IMG/VR virus record: IMGVR_UViG_3300045988_167643
DNA from: a virus
Direction: 5' to 3' (one strand)
DNA length: 64,000 nucleotides
Position numbers and translations under genes: made by a program. Within the stretch, counting starts at the first letter, position 1. Every line of letters starts with the position of its first letter. The notes below the pieces were generated by a model, which saw only the letters and a list, made by a program, of their open reading frames with translations, was not told the origin of the DNA and searched no databases. Below, piece by piece: positions 36,809 to 47,474 of the stretch.

Positions 36809-38637
36809 TTGGAAAGTTGAAGTTTAAGTTATATAAAAATTCGGAAAATAAATATAATGACTTAAAGAATATTCAGATTGATTTTCTGAAAAATAGAGAT
36901 ATTGAGAATCCAAAAGAGTATTTATCATTAGATCACTCTGCAGAGCTTGATTATGGATTACTTGATAATATCGGTGAAGCTGTTGAATTATTTTTAAGTC
37001 ATTTTGATAATAACGATAAAATACAGATTCTTATAGACGAAGATGTAGATGGAAATTGTTGTGCAGCAATGAAGTATTCGTATATTAAAAGATTAAATAA
37101 GGATTATCCTGTTGGATATATCCTTCACAAGAGAACAAAAGCACATGGTCTTGAGGGATTAGATGATGATGTAATTGTTGATAAAGATACAAAATTGCTG
37201 ATTGTTCCGGATGCAGGAACAAATGATGTAGAAGCATGTAAAACATTGAAAGATCGTGGAGTTGATGTTCTTATTTTAGATCATCACGAACAAGCAAAAG
37301 ATAAAGAAGGAAACTTAATAGACAATCCATATGCATTAATCGTAAATAATCAGATGAGTGAGTTTTATACAAATAAAAGCTTATGTGGAGCTGGGATTGT
37401 ATATAAATTCTTAAAAGCATTAGATGATTTTTTATGGTGTGAATATGCAGATGACTTTTTAGATTTGGTTGCTTTAGCAAATATTTCAGATGTAATGGAT
37501 ATGCGTTCACCTGAAACAAAATATCTCGTAGATGTTGGATTACACAATATAAGTAATAAATTCTTCCAAGCACTTATAAATACCCAGGAATATAGTATGG
37601 GTGGAGTGGTGAATATACATAATGTCCAATTTTATGTGACACCAATTTTAAACGGATGTACTCGCTTCGGTTCACCGGAAGAAAAAGAACTTATGTTTAA
37701 AGCTTTCATTGAACAGGATGCATGGTTTGAATATAAGAAACGTGCCACAAAAGATAAACCTGCAGAGGTTATCCAGGAAAGTATTTATGATAGAGCTGCA
37801 CGACTTGCAAAGAATGCAAAAGCAAGACAGGATAAGAGCCGTGAAAAAAGTGTACCAATGATATTTGATCAGATTGGAGAAAATCCTAATGATAAAGTAA
37901 TCATGTGTGATGTATCAGAACTTCTTGATGGTGGAATGACAGGAGTATGTGCAATCAAAGTAGCTGAGAAGTACAACAGACCGTGTTTATTATTAAAGAA
38001 ACATTATGATTATAAAACAAATACCATTGTATTTGGTGGTAGTGGACGAAATATAAACCATAGTCCTATTGAAAGTTTCAGAGATCTTGTAGAGTCTAAC
38101 AATCAATTCAATTTTGCCCAGGGGCACAAATCTGCATTCGGTATTGAAATCCCAGTTGATAACGTAGAAAAAGCTAAAGAAATATTCAATGATGAATTAA
38201 AAGATGAAGATTTCACTAAAGTCTATTTATGTGATTATATCATTCCAGAGTACGATGTAAATGAAAGCATCATTTATGAAATGACAAAATTTACAGACTT
38301 GATTGGACAAGGCATTGAAGAACCAATGATTGCTATTACAGATATTGAAGTAAATAGAGACGATATTACCATTCAGGGCAAGAATGAAGATTCTTATTGC
38401 TTTACAATTGGTGAGATTAAGTTTGTACAGTTTAAATGTAAAGATGATAATTCTGTTATGGATTGGCTCAAAAATTCATTTGATAATGTTGCAAAAATCA
38501 ATATTGTTGGAAATCCATGCATTAGTGAGTATCAAGGAATTAAAACATTACAGTTTGTTATTGATGACGTAGATGTTTTAAGTACTTCTTTCGAAGATAT
38601 AGAAGACAACGATGAAGACGAAAATGAAAGTTGGTGA
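36805..38637 (+). CDS. DHH-family RecJ-like exonuclease
   Basis: DHH motifs DEDVDGN, PDAGTND, LDHHE and GHKSAFG. Acidic tail ending ...DEDENESW. Confidence 0.8.
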   Translation: MIGKLKFKLYKNSENKYNDLKNIQIDFLKNRDIENPKEYLSLDHSAELDYGLLDNIGEAVELFLSHFDNNDKIQILIDEDVDGNCCAAMKYSYIKRLNKDYPVGYILHKRTKAHGLEGLDDDVIVDKDTKLLIVPDAGTNDVEACKTLKDRGVDVLILDHHEQAKDKEGNLIDNPYALIVNNQMSEFYTNKSLCGAGIVYKFLKALDDFLWCEYADDFLDLVALANISDVMDMRSPETKYLVDVGLHNISNKFFQALINTQEYSMGGVVNIHNVQFYVTPILNGCTRFGSPEEKELMFKAFIEQDAWFEYKKRATKDKPAEVIQESIYDRAARLAKNAKARQDKSREKSVPMIFDQIGENPNDKVIMCDVSELLDGGMTGVCAIKVAEKYNRPCLLLKKHYDYKTNTIVFGGSGRNINHSPIESFRDLVESNNQFNFAQGHKSAFGIEIPVDNVEKAKEIFNDELKDEDFTKVYLCDYIIPEYDVNESIIYEMTKFTDLIGQGIEEPMIAITDIEVNRDDITIQGKNEDSYCFTIGEIKFVQFKCKDDNSVMDWLKNSFDNVAKINIVGNPCISEYQGIKTLQFVIDDVDVLSTSFEDIEDNDEDENESW

Positions 38638-38641
38638 CTAG

Positions 38642-41600
38642 ATGTACAGTTCGTTACATATGCACACTGCGCAAGGATCATTACTTGATTCTATTTTAAA
38701 AGTACCAGAAGCAGTAAAATTTGCAAAAGATAATGGAATGAAGGCAATGGCTATAACAGATCATGGTTCAATGTCAAATATTGTAAACTTTGTGAAAGAG
38801 TGCAAAAAGCAAGGAATAAAGCCAATAATCGGAAACGAGATATACGAAGTAGATGATATGACGTGGAAGGCTGATACAAAAGATTATAAGCAACCACGCT
38901 ACCACATGGTGCTTCTTGCTAGGACTCAGCAAGGTTATAAAAATCTACTAAAGATAACATCGGTATCTAAAACAGAAGGCTTATATAAAAAGCCAAGAAT
39001 TGATATGAAATATATCAAAGACAACAATCTTGGCAAAGGCATTATTTGCTTAACTGCTTGCCAAGCCGGTAGACTTAGCAGATATCTGACTGATGGAAGA
39101 TATAAAGAGGCAGAACAATTTATCCAGGACATTAAGGATATTTTTGATTACGTTGTTTGTGAATTACAGTCACATACTACAGAAGCACAGGCAGAAGCAA
39201 ATAAACTTATCTTTGATTTCGCCAATGAACATAATCTTCCATATACTATTACAACAGATGCGCATATGTTAAGTGATTCTCTAATTGACTCTCATGCAAT
39301 GTTTGTAGAAATTGGTGAAGGACGTGAAGTTGGAGAAAGTTATATTGATTGTTACCTTCAGAAAGAATTAGAAATATATCAGAAATTATCTTATCAGTTC
39401 CCAAAAGCTGTAATTGATAAAGGTTTGCAAGAAAGTAATAATATTTCTTCTATTATTGAAGATATTGATATTGGGCTAAATAAAGGCAATATTATGCCGA
39501 AGGTCAAAATTGATGGTCCATATAAAAATCACGAAGAATATCTACGATATTTAGTTTTTAAAACATTCAAAGAAAAATTTGGTCATATGTCAAAAGAGGA
39601 TCAAGATGAACGAAAAAAACGTCTTGAAACAGAGCTGCCAGTTTTATATGCAGTCGATTATACAGACTATTTTATTATGCTGTATATGCTTGCAAAAGAA
39701 GCAAGAAGACGAAAAATTCCTATAGGATATTCTCGTGGGTCTGGTGCCAATTGCTTATGTTTATTCATGCTTAACGTCACACAGATTGATAGTGTAAGAT
39801 GGGGACTTGACTTTTCGCGATTTGCCAATCTTGGAAGAAAGTCTATGGCAGATTTTGATTGGGATATTTCAAAGCGTAGACGAAAAGAAATGGTTGAGAT
39901 ATCAGAAGAACTTTTTGGTAAAGAAAATGTTGCACCAATTTGTACATTCAATTCTTTAAGTACGAAAGTTGCGATTAGAGATATTGGAAAGGTTCTTGAT
40001 GAAAAAGAAGACTCTCCATATTATAAACAAATCCCTTATAAATTAAGAGATGATGTTGCAAAAATGATTCCAACAATCAAAACACTCAATGATCTTGGAG
40101 AGGAAGAAGAAAAAGATGTTCTTCTAAAAGACATTCTAAGTAAAAATCCAAAGCTTGATGAGATATATAACAAATTCCCATTATGGTTCAAGTATGTAAT
40201 GGATGTAGAAGGACTTCCGAAATCAATGGGAAGACATGCCGCAGGTACTTTAATTACACCAACTCCTGTAACAGATTATGCGCCACTTTGTTATGATAAA
40301 GAACGAAACATTATGATTGAGTTCGAGATGCATAATGCGATGGATGATCTTGGATTGATTAAAATGGATTACCTTGGACTTGAAACACTTGATATTATTG
40401 ACGATACGTTAAATATGGCAGGAATTACATGGGAAGATGTAGATATCAACCATTTGAATCTTTCAGACAAAAATGTTTACGATCAAGTTTATAAACCAGG
40501 TCACACTGTTGGCATATTCCAGATGGAATCTGCAGAAGCAAGGAGAATGTGTATTGAAGCTAAAGCAGACAATGTAGAGGATATTATCGTAGTAAACGCT
40601 GCTAATAGACCTGGTACAAAAGATAGCTTTCCTATATACTGTCAAAATAAATTGCATCCGGAAAGTGCACAAACAATACATGAAGATTTAAAAACGCTAT
40701 TTATAACAACTCAAGGAGTTTTACTTTACCAAGAAGAAGCTCTTCAACTGTTTAGATATGCAGGATTTCCAGAAGAAGACATAGACAATGCGAGGCGCGC
40801 AATAAGCAAAAAATTAAAAGATAAAATGGCTGGTCTCGAAAAAGACTTTAGATCTGGATTGAAAAAGAAAAATTGGACAGAAAATGAGTTATCTGAAATA
40901 TGGCAGCTAATGCTAAAACAATCAGAGTATTGTTTTAATCGTGGTCATGCTGTGGCATATGGTTTGTTATCTTATCTTACGGCATATCTAAAGGTTCACT
41001 ATACAGTTTATTTTATGGCTGCGCTTCTTACGTCAAAATCAGACAAAGTAGAAAAAATTAGTATTGTAATAAATGATTGCAAACGTCTTGGAATAAAAGT
41101 TTCTCCACCAAATGTAAATAAATCGAACAAATCATTTACTGCAATTGCAGAGAACAATGAAATTTTGTTTGGATTATTGGCAGTAAAAGGTCTTGGTGAC
41201 AGTATTGTTGACAAAATTATACATTTTAGACCTTACAAGAATTTAAATGATTTCATCGAAAAAGTGCAGGACAAAACAGCGATTATCACCCTTATTAAAG
41301 CTGGCGGTATTCCAACTAAAAATAAGATGTCAACATTGAAAAAATATGCAGGTTCCACGTTTGTTAGAAAAGAATACAAACCTGTTACAACAACTCCATC
41401 TCCATATTCTAAATTAATTCCATTTGGATTAAACGTAGAAGATTATAGAGATGGCAAAAAAGTAAACAAAGAAAAACTTTTGAATGACTATAATAAAGTA
41501 AAAGAGAAAAAGTTTTTAGAAGAACAAAACATAAAATATAAAAAGCATATGGAAGATTTTCAAGAAAAATACGCTAAAGATGAATATCTATGGGAATTTG

Positions 41601-41959
41601 ATACTTTATCAATGTTCTTAACTAATGATCCGTTAAAAGATGCTTATAAATATACTAAAATTGATTGGGACCTTGTAATGGATGGCGACAAAACAGTTTT
41701 GTTCTGTGTGATTGTTGATGTCAAAAGGAAAAAAGATAAAAATGGAAATCAGTTTGCATATCTTGATTTATATACTCCATATGGAATTATTGAAGCGACA
41801 ATATGGTCTAGTCAGCTAAAAGAGTATTCTGACTATATAAAAAAAGGAAGCTGTCTTGCAATATTAGGAAGAAAAAGAGAAGAACATTTTTTTGTTGAAA
41901 AAATAAAAACATATAATATGTGGCTTGAGCAAATGCGTAAGAAAGGGGCAAAAGTATAA
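38642..41959 (+). CDS. dnaE: DNA polymerase III alpha subunit (DnaE-type) with N-terminal PHP domain
   Basis: PHP motif LHMHTAQGSLLDS..ITDHG, then the palm/fingers region (DFDWDI, RHAAGT, KMDYLGL, FQMES, NRPG). Confidence 0.9.
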   Translation: MYSSLHMHTAQGSLLDSILKVPEAVKFAKDNGMKAMAITDHGSMSNIVNFVKECKKQGIKPIIGNEIYEVDDMTWKADTKDYKQPRYHMVLLARTQQGYKNLLKITSVSKTEGLYKKPRIDMKYIKDNNLGKGIICLTACQAGRLSRYLTDGRYKEAEQFIQDIKDIFDYVVCELQSHTTEAQAEANKLIFDFANEHNLPYTITTDAHMLSDSLIDSHAMFVEIGEGREVGESYIDCYLQKELEIYQKLSYQFPKAVIDKGLQESNNISSIIEDIDIGLNKGNIMPKVKIDGPYKNHEEYLRYLVFKTFKEKFGHMSKEDQDERKKRLETELPVLYAVDYTDYFIMLYMLAKEARRRKIPIGYSRGSGANCLCLFMLNVTQIDSVRWGLDFSRFANLGRKSMADFDWDISKRRRKEMVEISEELFGKENVAPICTFNSLSTKVAIRDIGKVLDEKEDSPYYKQIPYKLRDDVAKMIPTIKTLNDLGEEEEKDVLLKDILSKNPKLDEIYNKFPLWFKYVMDVEGLPKSMGRHAAGTLITPTPVTDYAPLCYDKERNIMIEFEMHNAMDDLGLIKMDYLGLETLDIIDDTLNMAGITWEDVDINHLNLSDKNVYDQVYKPGHTVGIFQMESAEARRMCIEAKADNVEDIIVVNAANRPGTKDSFPIYCQNKLHPESAQTIHEDLKTLFITTQGVLLYQEEALQLFRYAGFPEEDIDNARRAISKKLKDKMAGLEKDFRSGLKKKNWTENELSEIWQLMLKQSEYCFNRGHAVAYGLLSYLTAYLKVHYTVYFMAALLTSKSDKVEKISIVINDCKRLGIKVSPPNVNKSNKSFTAIAENNEILFGLLAVKGLGDSIVDKIIHFRPYKNLNDFIEKVQDKTAIITLIKAGGIPTKNKMSTLKKYAGSTFVRKEYKPVTTTPSPYSKLIPFGLNVEDYRDGKKVNKEKLLNDYNKVKEKKFLEEQNIKYKKHMEDFQEKYAKDEYLWEFDTLSMFLTNDPLKDAYKYTKIDWDLVMDGDKTVLFCVIVDVKRKKDKNGNQFAYLDLYTPYGIIEATIWSSQLKEYSDYIKKGSCLAILGRKREEHFFVEKIKTYNMWLEQMRKKGAKV

Positions 41960-44301
41960 TGAGTTATTCAGAACAATTTAGTAATGATGATCAGCAGTTT
42001 GAATTTACAGCCAGAATTTCATATGAGCGCTTCTACAGTGAAAATACATCTTGGGGAGTTTATTCATTTAATACAACTGATCAGCTTCCTAATTGTCAGA
42101 AGATAACTGCTCATAAAGATTTATTCGGAGACGAGCATGGTGATACTTTTGTCGGAACTTTAGCCGGACGAATGCAGCAACTGTGTGTTGGTTCAGAATA
42201 TAATATTACTGCAACATATAAAGATGATAAAAAATATGGGGCACAATATGTACCAATCACAGTTTATGCATTGGCTCCGCAGACTGTGGAAGATTCTAAA
42301 GTTTTTCTTAAATCACTTATCCCTGAGAGTGTTGCAGATTCATTACTTGCTGCATATCCAAATGTTGTAAATGATGTAGCTGACGGTAAATTAGATACAA
42401 TTGATTTTTCAAAAGTTAAAGGTGTTCGTGAAAAAACATGGAAGAAAATAAAAGACAAGATAATTGATAATTACCTTATTTCAGATATTATCACATTACT
42501 AAAACCGTTAGGTGTTACATTCACAATGATTAAAAACCTTCTTAGCAATGAACCAAACCCTGGATTATTAAAGCAGAAAATTGAAAATAATCCATACTAC
42601 TTATGTTCTATGAAAGGGTTTGGTTTTAAGAAGGTAGATAAATTGGCACTTAAATTAAAACCTGAACTTCTTGAATCCAGAGAAAGATGTATTGCTTTTA
42701 TTTCCTATTACCTTACTGAAATTGGTGAGAATGATGGACATACTTATTGTAGTGTAGATATTTTAAAAGCTGCAGTTGAAGATTCAGCTCCAGAGTGTAT
42801 AGATGTATTTGATGGAGTTCTTGAAAATAATTCATTTTTACATCAGTATGAAGATAGAGTTGGACTTAAGCTATACTACAATCTTGAGATGAAGATCCTG
42901 TCTATCATTCAAGAAAGATTGAATAAACCGTCACCAGTGCCTATAGAAAACGATGAAATAGAGGCAGGAATCGTTAAAGCAGAACAAGAGCAAGGATTTT
43001 CTTATACCGATGAACAAAAGGCAATTATACGCTCTATACTAACGCAGAGTATTAGCTTCGTTACAGGAAAAGCCGGTACCGGTAAAAGTTCAATTTTACG
43101 TGGAATTATTCGTGCGTATTCTCTGGCAAATCATAATATTTCAGCCTGTGCATTATCAGCAATGGCAGCGCAACGTATTACAGAAGCTACAGATTATCCT
43201 GCAATGACGATTCATAGAACACTAGGATGTCATGGTCCAAATAAGTTTGATTATAATAAGGACTGCAAACTTATATCTCCAGTAGTATTAATGGATGAGG
43301 CATCTATGGTAAATGTGCAAATCTTCTTAGCATGGCTTGAAGCTATAGATGATAATACAAAAATCATAATCTGTGGAGACTATAAACAGTTACCGCCAAT
43401 TGGATTTGGAAATATATTCTCTGATCTGATTCATTGTCTACCAAAAGAAAACATCAACGAACTTACAAAAGTTATGCGTCAAGCAGAAAAATCTGGAATT
43501 CTTACCGATGCAAATCTCATTCGAGATAATAAAAATCCCATTACAGAAGTTCTTACGTCAAAAAAATTGGTTCATGGTGAATTGCAGGATATGTATTACA
43601 TGTTCAGAGATACAAGAGACTCACTTCACCAGCTTGCATTAAAAATGTTCTTTTCAGCGGTCGAATCAGATGGTGTTGACAATGTTGGCATCGCTGTACC
43701 TCGTAGAGAAGGATGCTTAAACAGTGCATACGAATTAAATAGGGATATTGTAGAAGTGCTTCTTAAAGATGAAAGGAAGTCAATCTCATTTGGAGAGAAA
43801 GAATTTAAACTTGGATGTAAAGTTGTACAGACTGTAAATGATTATGATCGAAATGTCTTTAATGGTGAGATTGGTTATATCACATTTATCGGAGAAGATA
43901 TGAGTGGTAAAAAGCCAGTGACTTATTGCGAAGTTACCTATCAGTCGTTTGGTCCCAAAGTAGAAAAAGACGTTGGATTAGTTTTTGATGAAGATAACAA
44001 TATAATTTATGAAAAACAAGATAAAGTGATCAGGTACGAAGGAAGTGAACTTGCAGATTTAGATATGGCTTATGCTTTAACAACTCATAAAATGCAAGGA
44101 TCTTCCAGGAAAACAGTTATTTGTGTAATTGATAATACCCATTATAAATTATTGGACAACTGTATGTTATATACAATGCTTACAAGAGCAAAGAAAAGAT
44201 GTTTATTATGTGCTGAACCACAGGCATTCTACAAATGTCTAAATACAAGTAATAATGCAAGAAATACGTGGTTAAGCACAATTAAAAGAAAGGGGAAATA
44301 A
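41959..44301 (+). CDS. RecD-like SF1 helicase
   Basis: Walker A GKAGTGKS, Walker B LMDEASMV, plus GDYKQLPPIG and YALTTHKMQGSS. Confidence 0.85.
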   Translation: MSYSEQFSNDDQQFEFTARISYERFYSENTSWGVYSFNTTDQLPNCQKITAHKDLFGDEHGDTFVGTLAGRMQQLCVGSEYNITATYKDDKKYGAQYVPITVYALAPQTVEDSKVFLKSLIPESVADSLLAAYPNVVNDVADGKLDTIDFSKVKGVREKTWKKIKDKIIDNYLISDIITLLKPLGVTFTMIKNLLSNEPNPGLLKQKIENNPYYLCSMKGFGFKKVDKLALKLKPELLESRERCIAFISYYLTEIGENDGHTYCSVDILKAAVEDSAPECIDVFDGVLENNSFLHQYEDRVGLKLYYNLEMKILSIIQERLNKPSPVPIENDEIEAGIVKAEQEQGFSYTDEQKAIIRSILTQSISFVTGKAGTGKSSILRGIIRAYSLANHNISACALSAMAAQRITEATDYPAMTIHRTLGCHGPNKFDYNKDCKLISPVVLMDEASMVNVQIFLAWLEAIDDNTKIIICGDYKQLPPIGFGNIFSDLIHCLPKENINELTKVMRQAEKSGILTDANLIRDNKNPITEVLTSKKLVHGELQDMYYMFRDTRDSLHQLALKMFFSAVESDGVDNVGIAVPRREGCLNSAYELNRDIVEVLLKDERKSISFGEKEFKLGCKVVQTVNDYDRNVFNGEIGYITFIGEDMSGKKPVTYCEVTYQSFGPKVEKDVGLVFDEDNNIIYEKQDKVIRYEGSELADLDMAYALTTHKMQGSSRKTVICVIDNTHYKLLDNCMLYTMLTRAKKRCLLCAEPQAFYKCLNTSNNARNTWLSTIKRKGK

Positions 44302-44302
44302 T

Positions 44303-44665
44303 ATGATAGAACTTATTAATGATATTTCTCAGATTATGAAGAAGTATGGTAGAGAATATAAAATCAAAATTGATCCAATAACTGTTAAGGTTTATATCAC
44401 TATTTCAGAACTTTTAGGGTTATATCCATTAAAGGGAGAGTATATAAAAATTGTTTATGATGGACTGATTGAAAATTGTTACATCGATCTTAAGCAATTA
44501 AATAAAATTAAAAAGTTTATAAAGAAAAATGAATATGAATATATTGGTTTATTTTTTGAAGACATCGAACCTGCAATTGAGGTTATGAAATATTTTAATA
44601 AAAATACAAAATCAATTAGTGAACTTCTTCATACATCAATCGACTTACAAGAGGGTGGTGATTAA
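44303..44665 (+). CDS. hypothetical protein (120 aa)
   Basis: ORF track, coupled to the upstream stop. Confidence 0.6.
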   Translation: MIELINDISQIMKKYGREYKIKIDPITVKVYITISELLGLYPLKGEYIKIVYDGLIENCYIDLKQLNKIKKFIKKNEYEYIGLFFEDIEPAIEVMKYFNKNTKSISELLHTSIDLQEGGD

Positions 44666-44669
44666 TTAA

Positions 44670-44897
44670 ATGTACATCAAAGATAACACTCTTGTAGATG
44701 ATGATAATGTTGTACATAGAATCGGTGACTGTTGCGTTTTTATTATGGATGATAACTATAAAAGCAATATTATAGGATGTATTGCAGATATCGGTTTTTG
44801 TAATAACTGTATTTCGGTTGAAGAAGTAAATAGCAGTGGACAGTTAACATTACTGTTCACTGAACATATAAAAGTAATCGGAAGATTGGAGGATTAA
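44670..44897 (+). CDS. hypothetical protein (75 aa)
   Basis: ORF track. Confidence 0.55.
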   Translation: MYIKDNTLVDDDNVVHRIGDCCVFIMDDNYKSNIIGCIADIGFCNNCISVEEVNSSGQLTLLFTEHIKVIGRLED

Positions 44898-44901
44898 TTT
44901 A

Positions 44902-46212
44902 TTGGAAGAAGTAATTGAAATTCTAAAACTCATTCAGAACACATCGAGTCTGAATGAAAAGCAGCGTATCCTTAGAGAAAACAAGGATAATGAGCTTCTT
45001 AAAAAGTGTCTGGTGTTCTTACTGGACGGTAATACTGTAACAGGAATCAGCACAAAAAAGATCGATAAAATGACCATTTCAAAAGCTGCAAATTATGCAA
45101 CATTTGAGCCAAAAAACTTCTCAGAAGTTATTGATTACCTAAAAACTCATAATACAGGTACTGATGTAGATGTCGCTACTGTCAGAAAGTTTATTTGCAA
45201 TAATTCTAAATCTGAAGCTGAATGTCAGTTTTATGAAGAAATGGTAACAAAGAAGTTTAGATTAGGTGCAGACTCCAAGCTTATCAATAAAGCTATTCCA
45301 GGACTGATTGAAGAATTTAATGTACAGCTTGGTACTTCAATTGAAAAAGTTAAGCTGAAAGGTAATGAGCTGATTTATATTAGCCGCAAACTAAATGGAC
45401 TCAGATGTGCATACATTGGAACTGAGTGCAGAACTAGACAGAATAAGAAAATTAATGGTGTCGATCATATTATTAAAGATCTACAAGCAATGGGCTATGA
45501 CAATATGTTTGTAGACGGTGAACTTCTCTATAAAAATAAAGAAGGATTATCCGATTCTGAAGCATTTCAAAAAGGTACAGGAATCGCAAATAGCAAATCT
45601 GGTGACAAATCTCAATTAAAATTCGTTGTATTCGATATGTTCCCCCTTAAAGAATTTTGGTCTGGAAAATCTAAAGAACCATACTCCATTAGAAGCAAAG
45701 ATTTAGATGAATTGGAAGAAAAACTTAAATTCCATCCAACAGACAATATTGAAGTTGTTCCGAGAGTATATCATGGTTACGACCACAGTAAAATTTGGGA
45801 ATGGCTTCAGTACGCAGAAGATAATGATTGGGAAGGATGTTGCATTAATCTTGACAAGCCATATGAGTGCAAACGAACCAAAAGTCTTATTAAAGTAAAA
45901 CAGTTCTATGATGCGACTTTAAGAGTTATTGGATACGAAGAAGGGTCTGGCAAGAACAAAGGAGCACTTGGATCGTTAATCGTTAAATATAAAGATGGAA
46001 AATCTGGTGTTGGATATGGATATTCAGATCAAATGAGAAAAGATCTCTGGGAAAAACGAGATGAGCTTATTGGCAAACTCATTGATATTAAATATAAGGA
46101 AGAAACAAAAGATAAAAATACTGGACTTCCAAGTTTACAGTTTGCAGGATTTATTTGCTTCAGAGAAGATTATGATAAGGTATTAGCAGATGATGAAGCT
46201 GGACTTATTTAA
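44902..46212 (+). CDS. ATP-dependent DNA ligase
   Basis: Adenylation-lysine motif SRKLNG (KxxG), then DGELLY, WEGCCINL and LIKVKQ. TTG start after GGAGG. Confidence 0.8.
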   Translation: MEEVIEILKLIQNTSSLNEKQRILRENKDNELLKKCLVFLLDGNTVTGISTKKIDKMTISKAANYATFEPKNFSEVIDYLKTHNTGTDVDVATVRKFICNNSKSEAECQFYEEMVTKKFRLGADSKLINKAIPGLIEEFNVQLGTSIEKVKLKGNELIYISRKLNGLRCAYIGTECRTRQNKKINGVDHIIKDLQAMGYDNMFVDGELLYKNKEGLSDSEAFQKGTGIANSKSGDKSQLKFVVFDMFPLKEFWSGKSKEPYSIRSKDLDELEEKLKFHPTDNIEVVPRVYHGYDHSKIWEWLQYAEDNDWEGCCINLDKPYECKRTKSLIKVKQFYDATLRVIGYEEGSGKNKGALGSLIVKYKDGKSGVGYGYSDQMRKDLWEKRDELIGKLIDIKYKEETKDKNTGLPSLQFAGFICFREDYDKVLADDEAGLI

Positions 46213-46223
46213 GAGGTAGTAAC

Positions 46224-46646
46224 ATGGAAAAACTAACAGTATATCTCGCCGGTGCATGTAGAGGAATGCATGACGGTGGAAAAGAATGGAGATTAAAAGC
46301 TGAGAATATTTTTAAAAATATTTCAGAAGCTAAAGATGTAACTATTAAAGTAATCAATCCAACACGTTATTTTGATCGTGATGGTGGCAATGCAATCACT
46401 AATAAACAAGTAAAACAATTCTATTTATCACGTATTCGAAAATGTGATTTAATCCTTGTAAATTTGGAACATACAAACACTTCTATTGGAACAGCTCAAG
46501 AACTGCAATTCGCAGTAGATAACCACATTCCCATTATTGGATTCAACGATTATGACAGTTATGAATGGCTGCCAGAAGATTGTGATGTGATTTTCAAAGG
46601 TATTAATGAAGCGATTGATTATATTAATGATTTTTATTTAGAGTAA
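46224..46646 (+). CDS. nucleoside 2-deoxyribosyltransferase-like protein
   Basis: VYLAGA near the N-terminus and SIGTAQELQFA (catalytic Glu context). Confidence 0.65.
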   Translation: MEKLTVYLAGACRGMHDGGKEWRLKAENIFKNISEAKDVTIKVINPTRYFDRDGGNAITNKQVKQFYLSRIRKCDLILVNLEHTNTSIGTAQELQFAVDNHIPIIGFNDYDSYEWLPEDCDVIFKGINEAIDYINDFYLE

Positions 46647-46658
46647 AGGAGTGACAAA

Positions 46659-47474
46659 ATGACTGTACAAGAATGGTTAGGAAAAGACAATAAACTGGGA
46701 CAGGATATCTGGGAGAGAAAGTATCAGTTTAATGGAGAAACATTTGATCAGTGGCTTGATAGAGTTTCTGGTTGGAATGAGGAAGTAAAACAGTTAATTA
46801 AGGATAAGAAATTTCTCTTTGGTGGGAGAATCCTTGCTAACAGAGGTGTAAACAAAGATATTGATGTCAGTAACGATAAGTATGTAAAAACCACACTTAG
46901 CAACTGTTATGTTATTACACCTCCAGAGGATAACATTGAATCTATTTTTGATTGTGCAAAGAAACTTGCACGTACATATTCTTATGGTGGTGGATGTGGA
47001 ATCGATATTAGCAAGTTAGCACCTAGAGGGTCTGTAGTAAGAAACTCTGCAAAAACCACAACAGGCTCAGTTAGTTTTATGGATTTATACTCTTTGATCA
47101 CTGGATTAATTTGTCAACAGGGACGTAGAGGAGCATTAATGATTAGCTTGTCCTGCGAACATCCAGATCTTGAGGAATTTATTGGAATTAAATCAGATCT
47201 TGATAAAGTAACAAAAGCTAATATCTCTGTTCGTATTACAGACAAATTTATGGCCGCAGTAAAAAATAAACAGCCATTTACACTTAACTTTACTAGAGCT
47301 GAGACAGGTGAAACTATTACTAAAACAATTGATGCATATGAAATGTTCCACAAATTATGTGAAATGAACTGGGATTATGCAGAGCCTGGAATGCTTTTCT
47401 GGGACAGAATCGAAAACTGGAATTTACTTAGTTGTGACAATAATTTTCATTATGCCGGAACTAATCCTTGTGCT
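46659..47474 (+). CDS. nrdJ: class II (B12-dependent) ribonucleotide reductase, exon 1
   Basis: The ORF runs to ...YAGTNPCA and then hits intron sequence. The track ORF continues 7 more codons (21 nt) of intron to a stop at 47493-47495. Confidence 0.85.
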
